This document shows positions 9,269 to 16,272 of a stretch of 21,115 nucleotides of DNA, one piece after another. Numbering within the stretch: position 1 is the first letter of the stretch; every line of letters begins with the position of its first letter. Source of the stretch: Patescibacteria group bacterium (GTDB lineage Bacteria; Patescibacteriota; Gracilibacteria; JAYELJ01). The notes under the pieces are model-generated. The model did not search any database, was not told the DNA's origin, and saw only the letters and a program-made list of their open reading frames with translations. The position numbers and the translations under genes are program-made. The stretch lies in NCBI GenBank assembly GCA_034717395.1, contig JAYELJ010000030.1:1-21115 (forward strand), read 5' to 3'.

Positions 9269-10360
9269 TTATTTTCTAGATTCCCGATCGGGGTCGGGAA
9301 TGATAGAAGTGTGTATAGTCTGTGTAGGGAATGCCATCTCAAGGCCACCTTCTTTTTCAAACTGTTGTTTGATCTCAAGATTAATTCGTTCTTGGATATC
9401 CATGTACACATTGTAGTCACGTGTCAGTACATAATAGACAATCTCAAAATTGAGACTAAAATCACCAAACGATTTGAAATGCACGCGTCCTAGCTCTGTT
9501 TGTGTATCAGTGTTTATAATATCTTTTACTATCTCTTTTGCCTTTTTTAGCTTCTCTGCTGTTGTGTCATATGTTAGTCCAAGAGAAAATACAATGCGAC
9601 GTTTTTCCATTCGTTTGAAATTCTGTACACGAGCATTTGTGAGCTCTTGGTTACTAATAATCATCTCTTCTCCTTGAAGTGTTTGGATACGAGTAGATTT
9701 CATTCCAATCTTTTGTACCACACCACTGTCAGATCCTACCAATATATAATCCCCAACCTGGAATGGTTTATCGAAGAATAATGTAAATGATGCAAATATA
9801 TCACTCAATACATTTTGGAGGGCAAAAGCAATTGCTATACCCCCAATTCCGAGAGAAGCAACGAGAGAGGTGATTTCAACTCCTAGATTTGAAAGTATCA
9901 GAAGTATTCCTGTTGTCCAAAGAAGTACATTGGCAATGATACGAAATGCATTGTGCATAGTAGCAGAATTTTCTTCTCCAAAACCGGAAACGATCTGTTT
10001 GATAAGATAATCGATCAGTGATCGAGCAGAGAAGATAAGCTGCAGAAAAATAACAATGATCATCAAACTATTGAGAAATTCTTGTCTCTCTGGAAATACA
10101 GGGAAAATCCAGTGAGCAGCATAGAATCCAAAATAACTAATAAATATCGGTTTGATATTCTCAAGCATATCCACAAAACTATCATCAAATTTTGTAACAG
10201 ATCTTTCTGTTATTGTACGAAGTCGAGAGAGTCCTTTTTTTTGTATTTTGAAAAAAATCCAAGAAATGAGAAGAAAAAGTAGTGCAAAGGTGGATATATC
10301 TAGAATGCTTTGAGGTATAAGAGCCAGAATATCTTGGACTGAATTAATAGTAGAGTTCAT
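9269..10360 (-). CDS. mechanosensitive ion channel family protein (MscS-like)
   Basis: Intact 363-codon ORF with several TM helices followed by the MscS beta-domain signature FDKPFQVGDYILVGSDSGVVQKIGMKSTRIQTLQGEEMIISNQEL. Confidence 0.9.
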   Translation of the reverse strand: MNSTINSVQDILALIPQSILDISTFALLFLLISWIFFKIQKKGLSRLRTITERSVTKFDDSFVDMLENIKPIFISYFGFYAAHWIFPVFPERQEFLNSLMIIVIFLQLIFSARSLIDYLIKQIVSGFGEENSATMHNAFRIIANVLLWTTGILLILSNLGVEITSLVASLGIGGIAIAFALQNVLSDIFASFTLFFDKPFQVGDYILVGSDSGVVQKIGMKSTRIQTLQGEEMIISNQELTNARVQNFKRMEKRRIVFSLGLTYDTTAEKLKKAKEIVKDIINTDTQTELGRVHFKSFGDFSLNFEIVYYVLTRDYNVYMDIQERINLEIKQQFEKEGGLEMAFPTQTIHTSIIPDPDRESRK

Positions 10361-10392
10361 AGAAAAAGTAAGAGAATAATTATTATTGGTCT

Positions 10393-10421
10393 ATACTACG
10401 CCTCTCTATTTTCAGAGTCAA
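10393..10421 (-). promoter_or_regulatory. candidate promoter of the mscS-like gene (TTGACT-17-TAGTAT)
   Basis: The minus strand reads TTGACT (10421-10416), an exact 17-nt spacer, then TAGTAT (10398-10393), about 33 nt upstream of the ATG. Confidence 0.5.
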
Positions 10422-10434
10422 ACTACTTTGTGTT

Positions 10435-10463
10435 TGACAAAATTATGGTAGGTATGTAAATAT
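10435..10463 (+). promoter_or_regulatory. candidate promoter of the thioredoxin gene (TTGACA-17-TAAATA)
   Basis: Perfect -35 TTGACA at 10435-10440, a 17-nt spacer and a weak -10 TAAATA. It diverges from the mscS promoter. Confidence 0.35.
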
Positions 10464-10493
10464 TAATATGAATTTCAAAAAGAGAGGTGATAT

Positions 10494-10913
10494 ATGTGTG
10501 TATTGAAAAGCATATGGAAAAAATGGTTTGGATCAGGTAAATCTCAAGAGGAACAATCGGAAAAGACAGTTGTAAATATTCAAGAAGAGTTACTGAAAAA
10601 ACAAGAAGAGATGCGATTGCGTATTACAGATGATATTATATGTATCATGTTCTCTGCTGACTGGTGTGGACCATGTCGTATGATGGAATCTCTAATAGGT
10701 AAAGATTCAGTATTTCAAAAGACATTAAAAGAAAATAATATAACATTTCTTGTTATAAATACGGATCAAAATCCAGATATTTCAAAAGATTATAGAATTG
10801 AAAGTATTCCAAGTTTTATACTACTTGATTCAAAGAAAGAGAAATACAGATCAGTTGGGGCGATAAACGAAAACCATTTACAAGAAGCTGTTGTATCAGC
10901 TATACAAAAATAA
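10494..10913 (+). CDS. thioredoxin-family protein with a roughly 50-aa N-terminal extension
   Basis: WCGPC active site (FSADWCGPCRMM), SD GAGAGGTGA immediately upstream, TAA stop. Confidence 0.85.
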   Translation: MCVLKSIWKKWFGSGKSQEEQSEKTVVNIQEELLKKQEEMRLRITDDIICIMFSADWCGPCRMMESLIGKDSVFQKTLKENNITFLVINTDQNPDISKDYRIESIPSFILLDSKKEKYRSVGAINENHLQEAVVSAIQK

Positions 10914-10945
10914 AACACCCGGGATATCCCAGGTGTTCTTTTTTA
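10914..10945. terminator. bidirectional intrinsic terminator between the convergent thioredoxin and ftsH genes
   Basis: Stem aacacccgggat (10914-10925) pairs with atcccaggtgtt (10926-10937) with one mismatch, followed by CTTTTTT. The T-run overlaps the ftsH stop codon. Confidence 0.7.
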
Positions 10946-12880
10946 TGCTTGTTTTGGTCCTTGTACTTCTCGATCACTCATAAGTTTTTGGAACTCTGTT
11001 GCATCAATAGTTTCTTTTTCTAGTAGTATATCCCCAATTTCTTTGAGTTTGTCTTTGTTTTCTGTAAGAAGATTGATGGCATTTTGATAGGCCGTTGTAA
11101 TTATTTGTTGTACTTCATCGTCAATTTTTTGTGCTGTGGAATCTGAGTATGATCGGCTGAGATTATTTATCTCTGCTGGGTTTCCAAATGCTACATTTGC
11201 CATAGACCCCATACCGTATACCATGATCATATTACGAGCTACTTGTGTTGCCCGTTCTATATCATTGGATGCTCCAGTGGTAATCGAACCAAACATTACT
11301 TGTTCTGCTGCACGACCTCCAAGATATGAAACAAGGTCCTGTTCAAATTTCTCTTTACTTGTAAGATGCGTATCTTCTTGTGGAAGGTACCAGGTTACTC
11401 CGAGTGCCGATCCACGAGAGACAATAGATATCTTATGTACTGGTTCACAGAGAGGGTTCAGATGTCCACAGATAGCATGTCCCGCTTCGTGATAGGCTGT
11501 TATTTTACGTTCTTTTTCACTAAGTTTACGAGATTTCTTTTCCAGACCAATAACGACTTTTTCTATAGCCATATGAATCATCTCCATATCGATAGATTTT
11601 TTCTTGTATTTGGTAGAAAGGATAGCAGCTTCATTGAGCATATTCGCAAGATCAGCCCCGGAAAATCCACTCGTTGCTTTGGCAATCTCTGCATAGTTTA
11701 CCTCTGGGTGCATTGGTTTATCTTTAGTGTGCACCTGGAGAATCTCTTCACGTTCTTTGATATTTGGTGGATCGATTGATATACGACGATCAAAACGTCC
11801 TGGACGGAGAAGAGCTGGATCTAGAATCTCTGGTCTATTGGTAGCAGCGATAACGATAACATTGGTATCAGTATCAAAACCATCCATTTCTACAAGTATT
11901 TGGTTGAGTGTTTGTTCTGAAGTAGAGCTTCCTGTGGCTGTTGACCCTCCAGTCTGACGTTTTTTTCCAACTGCATCGATCTCATCTATAAAGATGATAG
12001 CAGGGGAGCTTTGTTTTGCTTTGGTGAATAGGTCACGGACACGCGAGGCTCCAACCCCAACGAACATTTCTTCAAATTCAGACCCCGCAATATGAAAGAA
12101 TGGTACCTCTGCTTCTCCTGCCACTGCTTTTGCGACCAGTGTCTTCCCGGTACCAGGGGCTCCGAATAGAAGTACTCCTCGTGGGATCTTCGCTCCCATT
12201 TTTTGATACTTCTTCCCATGTTTAAGGAAATCTACAACTTCCATGAGCTCTTCCTTGGCTTCGTCTATACCAGCAACATCTTTAAATTTGGTATCTGGCT
12301 TCTTATTTACTTGTTTATCAAAATCTTTTCCTCCCATCATTCCTGCTGCACCACCACCCATGGATTTGCGCATGAGGAATACAAACAGAGCAATAATAAT
12401 AAGAAATGGAAGTATGCTTCCTGCAAGCTCTTTCCAGAATTTTCCACTTTCTTCTGAAACAATAATATCCACTTTGTTTGGATCTACCCCCAGCTCGATC
12501 AAAGAAGAGTAGATTTCTTTGGAACTCTTGAGTACAACAGGTGTAGAAGTATTATCAACAATAGCTCCAGAAAGGGTTGTGCCCGAGAGAGATTTATACG
12601 TGATCAATAGGTCTTTATTTTCTATGACTTCAATGGTATCGATCAGGTCATTATCACTATCGATAATTACTTGAGAAAGAGAGATGTCAGTAGAAACTGT
12701 TTCTGTGGCTTTTATAGTCGTATCCAAAGAAAACTGATCTTTTATCTCCTGGTCTGCCATGAGAGTATACGACCCTCCTATTGTAAATGAGATAATAAGA
12801 AGGGTTATAATAGGTCCAAAAGAGCCTTTTGATTTCTTTTGTTTCTTTTTGTTTGGTGCTTTATTTGCCATGTTGTTCAT
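10943..12880 (-). CDS. ftsH: ATP-dependent zinc metalloprotease FtsH
   Basis: Intact 645-codon ORF with Walker [19 protein letters not shown] and Walker [10 protein letters not shown]. It also has the SRH region [20 protein letters not shown] and the zinc site HEAGHAI. There are no in-frame TGA codons. Confidence 0.95.
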   Translation of the reverse strand: MNNMANKAPNKKKQKKSKGSFGPIITLLIISFTIGGSYTLMADQEIKDQFSLDTTIKATETVSTDISLSQVIIDSDNDLIDTIEVIENKDLLITYKSLSGTTLSGAIVDNTSTPVVLKSSKEIYSSLIELGVDPNKVDIIVSEESGKFWKELAGSILPFLIIIALFVFLMRKSMGGGAAGMMGGKDFDKQVNKKPDTKFKDVAGIDEAKEELMEVVDFLKHGKKYQKMGAKIPRGVLLFGAPGTGKTLVAKAVAGEAEVPFFHIAGSEFEEMFVGVGASRVRDLFTKAKQSSPAIIFIDEIDAVGKKRQTGGSTATGSSTSEQTLNQILVEMDGFDTDTNVIVIAATNRPEILDPALLRPGRFDRRISIDPPNIKEREEILQVHTKDKPMHPEVNYAEIAKATSGFSGADLANMLNEAAILSTKYKKKSIDMEMIHMAIEKVVIGLEKKSRKLSEKERKITAYHEAGHAICGHLNPLCEPVHKISIVSRGSALGVTWYLPQEDTHLTSKEKFEQDLVSYLGGRAAEQVMFGSITTGASNDIERATQVARNMIMVYGMGSMANVAFGNPAEINNLSRSYSDSTAQKIDDEVQQIITTAYQNAINLLTENKDKLKEIGDILLEKETIDATEFQKLMSDREVQGPKQA

Positions 12881-12926
12881 ATATTAAAATAAAGTAGAGA
12901 ACGATTATTAAATTACAGGTGTAATA

Positions 12927-13853
12927 ATGAAGAAAAAAGGTGAAATAATCAACATTTTCTGTTATAATAGAATATCAAAGATAAAAAACAAAAATCTCAT
13001 GCAATTTACAAAACATGTTTCATTTCGCTCATTTGCAGCGATTTCTGGAGGAGTATTTCTGAATATATTTGGAATACTCTCAACGGTATCAACCGTAGGG
13101 GGCAGTCTTTCATCGAGTGCAATGCTCAATTCAGTATTCAATATTGAAAATATGAATACCCTGGATATTATGGCAGAGCCATCGCTCACCCTGTCTCTTC
13201 TACAGGTTGTGTTTCTTTCACTCTTCTTTTCCAGCGCTATATTGCTTCTTGTATTTCAATTTCTTTTAAAATATGAGGCACGTAAACAACGTGTAGCGAA
13301 GATGGAGTCACAAGGACCACAAGCACGGGATGAAAGTGTATATAGTATTATGGATGATATTCCTGTGGTTGGTTTTCTCGAGGTATGTACTTTTGTCTGG
13401 GTATCATCATTTCTCATATTGATTTCTCACTACGTATTTGTGCATTTTGATACACTGCTTGCTATCGATGCGGATCTTCGTATTTCGGCTATCATCTTTG
13501 GTCTTCTCGGGGGAGCACTTGCTAGTATTAAATTCTTTATTCCCAATTCTGGAAATGGGATTTCACAAGATAAAATAAAAACAGAGTTTTCTTCTCAGTA
13601 TGTGTATAAATATCTTTTTTCTCCATTTATTTCGAGTCTCCTTGCTTTGTTAGTATATCTTGCATTGCTTGCTAGTGGAGTAGAGTTTAGTCAGTTTACT
13701 TCAGAGAATTCAGCAACTTTTGCTTTCATATTTATCATCTCAGGGTACTATTCAGAACAAGTGTTTACTATGATGTATAATATTATGAGTTCCGTTGTTG
13801 CATCGGTAGAAGCCTATTTTGCCAAAATTATCCCTTCACATCATACCAAGTAG
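12927..13853 (+). CDS. hypothetical polytopic membrane protein (308 aa), no recognisable family
   Basis: Intact ORF with an SD-like AGGTG 5 nt upstream and about six hydrophobic segments. TAG stop followed by a terminator. An internal Met (MQFTKH) is an alternative start. Confidence 0.6.
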   Translation: MKKKGEIINIFCYNRISKIKNKNLMQFTKHVSFRSFAAISGGVFLNIFGILSTVSTVGGSLSSSAMLNSVFNIENMNTLDIMAEPSLTLSLLQVVFLSLFFSSAILLLVFQFLLKYEARKQRVAKMESQGPQARDESVYSIMDDIPVVGFLEVCTFVWVSSFLILISHYVFVHFDTLLAIDADLRISAIIFGLLGGALASIKFFIPNSGNGISQDKIKTEFSSQYVYKYLFSPFISSLLALLVYLALLASGVEFSQFTSENSATFAFIFIISGYYSEQVFTMMYNIMSSVVASVEAYFAKIIPSHHTK

Positions 13854-13860
13854 GTGTAGT

Positions 13861-13900
13861 AAAAACTGGTTTCTTTTCTCAAAGAGCCAGTTTTTATTTT
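13861..13900 (+). terminator. rho-independent terminator after the membrane-protein gene
   Basis: aaaaactgg (13861-13869) pairs with ccagttttt (13887-13895). There is additional imperfect inner pairing and a T-run downstream. Confidence 0.6.
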
Positions 13901-13929
13901 TTGACAAAACATATACAGATCAGTACTAT
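13901..13929 (+). promoter_or_regulatory. candidate promoter of the pyrC/pyrD-like operon (TTGACA-17-TACTAT)
   Basis: Perfect -35 TTGACA at 13901-13906, a 17-nt spacer, then TACTAT at 13924-13929. Confidence 0.55.
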
Positions 13930-14016
13930 ATCGTATAACATGTTTCTAGCTACAATCAAGTAGCCAGTGGTATGTAATTTTGCAAAATTATAAAAGAGAA
14001 AGAGGAGAACAGAGCC

Positions 14017-15111
14017 ATGACACAAAGAATGAAAAAGTATATAGATTTACCAGGTATGGTAGACGCACATGTCCATTCGAGAGATCTAAAACAGAGATCA
14101 AAGATGACCGTAATGCAAACAATGAAAGAAGCTCGGAAGAGTGGAGTAGCGACAGTATGTCTGATGCCGAATACAGACCCATCGATTGATAATGAGGAAA
14201 CTCTTAATGAATACTTGAGATTGATGGAAGATGCAGAGCGAAAAACAGGAGTAACAGCGTATGTATGGGTAGCATTGACTGATACAAATCATGCAGAAGT
14301 GATCAAAATGCTCAGGTATAAAAAGGTATGCGGGGTAAAAGTATATCCTCTCAAGCCAACAGGAGAATCAGTAACTACTGGTGCGGTTGGTATCCAGCAG
14401 TGGTCTTCGATCATGAAGTTATTATTCATGATGCGAGAAGAGGCTAATATAGACAAACCGATTGCTGGGCATTTTGAAGATCCGTTACTTGGGCATACAG
14501 AAGAGTCTGAGGTGTCTGCACTAAAAACACTTGTTTCTATTGCCAAAAGATATCCAGAACAAAGATTTACTGCTTGTCATATTACTAGTGCGGGTGGTTT
14601 AGCTATTATTGAAGAGGCTTGGGCTTCAGGTCTGAAAATCATGGCAGAGCTAACACCACATCATCTATGGTGGAATAGAGAAACAATCAAATTGTCTCAG
14701 CATGCTGCTGCATTATTTCATTGTTTTCCTCCTATTAAAGAACCAAAAGATCAACAAGCACTGATTCAGTTTTTGGTAAAGCATCAAAAAAATCCGCTTG
14801 TCTCTATTGGTTCTGACACAGCTCCTCATCATCGATCAGAAAAAGCAGGAGATAATCCTCCTGGTGGAGTTCCTGCTCTGCAGCATAGCATACCAGTATT
14901 GCTTACTATTGCTCAGGAGTACGGTATAGAAGACGGACATATTTGTTATCTTATACATGATAATGTGATCGAACATTTGGGTATTGAAAGTGTTCCAGAT
15001 ACAATGAATACCAAATGGGTGCTCCAGCCAAGTACAGATGCTATTGTTTATAATAAAGGTGAAGTATCGAGTCCTTGGATAGGAGAAAAATTCGCATATA
15101 CGCGAGCATAA
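14017..15111 (+). CDS. pyrC: dihydroorotase (class II-like amidohydrolase)
   Basis: SD AGAGGAG upstream. Motifs are DAHVHSRD (metal-binding HxH), CLMPNTDPS, GVKVYPLKPTGESVTTG (matching E. coli-type KLYPAgaTTNS) and GSDTAPHH. TAA stop. Confidence 0.8.
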   Translation: MTQRMKKYIDLPGMVDAHVHSRDLKQRSKMTVMQTMKEARKSGVATVCLMPNTDPSIDNEETLNEYLRLMEDAERKTGVTAYVWVALTDTNHAEVIKMLRYKKVCGVKVYPLKPTGESVTTGAVGIQQWSSIMKLLFMMREEANIDKPIAGHFEDPLLGHTEESEVSALKTLVSIAKRYPEQRFTACHITSAGGLAIIEEAWASGLKIMAELTPHHLWWNRETIKLSQHAAALFHCFPPIKEPKDQQALIQFLVKHQKNPLVSIGSDTAPHHRSEKAGDNPPGGVPALQHSIPVLLTIAQEYGIEDGHICYLIHDNVIEHLGIESVPDTMNTKWVLQPSTDAIVYNKGEVSSPWIGEKFAYTRA

Positions 15112-15125
15112 AAAGGGGAGTAATT

Positions 15126-16202
15126 ATGAAATTAGGAAATATGAGTTTAGGGCCTATATTGGGAGCTTCTGGTGTAGAAGGGAATTTCGGAGAAGGGTAT
15201 TGGTATCATAAATTATTACATGGTTTTAGTTTGTTAGATCTGAGTGGCCTTGTCTTTGTTAGTAAAACTGCTACTTTGAATCCAAGAAAAGGAAATACTC
15301 CATTTGTTTATGATGAAAACTACTTTTCTCCTTCAGAGATCAAACCAAAATCGATTGTAATAAAACCATTTCAAAAAAATGTGTTGAATGCAGTCGGTCT
15401 AGGAAACCCTGGTTTAGAAGCTTTATTGAAAACAGGACATTATCAATCGAGAAAAGACCCATTTTTAATTTCTATAATGTCTATAGCAGGATCAGAAGAT
15501 TCAAGAAAAGCAGAAATGGCAAAAATGATTGCTATTCTTGAAAAATATAAAAATGAGTTTCAATCACTATTTGGGCTTCAGATAAACCTATCATGTCCAA
15601 ATACTGCGCATGATCCATGTTCATTGATTGCAGAGTCTTCGGATATGATAGGTATTGCTGCAAGACTTGGTGTTCCTTTGATGCCAAAATTTAGTATTGC
15701 ATCAGCACCAATTGCAGCATTGATGGAACTCAATGAGAATCCTCATGTAGATGCTATTTGTTTATCAAATACACTGCCATATGACTGGCAACCTTCAGAA
15801 AATCTGTATAGAATTTCTAAAGGAGATGATTACTTTGAAGATTTTCAAAGATTACAAAGAAGAGGATTTATCTCTTGGAAAAGTGATGGAAAAACAGTAT
15901 ATATTGTTACATTCATCAATTGGGAGAAGATATTTGGAACAACAGAATCTCCACTTGCTTCTATGGGTGGTGGAGGACTTTCGGGGGATATTATTCGACC
16001 ATTTGTCCTTCATTATATCAAACAACTCAGAGCAGAAGGTTTTTCTAAACCAATCAATGGTGGAGGTGGAATTATGAAGCCGGAACATGTTGATATGTAT
16101 AAAGCTGTTGGAGTAAACTCAGTCTTTATCGGGTCTGTTGTAATGACACGACCATGGGATGCGGAAGATATTATAAAAAGAGCAAATGAAATTTTTTGAT
16201 AG
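15126..16202 (+). CDS. dihydroorotate dehydrogenase-like (class 1-type) FMN TIM-barrel protein with a large internal insertion
   Basis: SD AGGGGAG sits 5 nt before the ATG at 15126; the track start at 15075 overlaps pyrC and lacks an SD. Motifs are GASGV, NAVGLGNPG, QINLSCPNT, GGGLSGDIIRP and INGGGGI. The frame ends ...NEIF-TGA-TAG, so under code 25 the stop is TAG at 16200-16202. Confidence 0.75.
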
Positions 16203-16203
16203 A

Positions 16204-16238
16204 CCCCAGTCTTTATAGACTGGGGATTTTTCTTTTTT
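16204..16238 (+). terminator. rho-independent terminator after the pyrD-like gene
   Basis: Stem ccccagtct (16204-16212), loop ttat, stem agactgggg (16217-16225), then ATTTTTCTTTTTT. Confidence 0.85.
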
Positions 16239-16272
16239 GTATTTTTTCTCCCTTTTGGGTAGAGTGGCTATA

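Noticed and set aside
9219-10940. Two terminators share AAAACACCC...GGTGTT arms, which could indicate a dispersed repeat or MITE family.
   Set aside because: There are only two copies. Their loops and inner stems differ, and both sit exactly where an intrinsic terminator is expected. Convergent terminator composition is the simpler explanation.
15075-15125. The ORF-track start at 15075 for the pyrD-like gene.
   Set aside because: It would overlap pyrC by 37 nt and add a non-homologous basic leader (MDRRKIRIYASIKRGVI). The ATG at 15126 has an AGGGGAG SD at correct spacing and begins where DHOD homology starts.
16237-16272. The TTG start at 16237 for the helicase-nuclease gene.
   Set aside because: It lies within the T-run of the upstream terminator and adds a hydrophobic non-homologous peptide. 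The ATG at 16273 or 16297 fits UvrD N-termini better.
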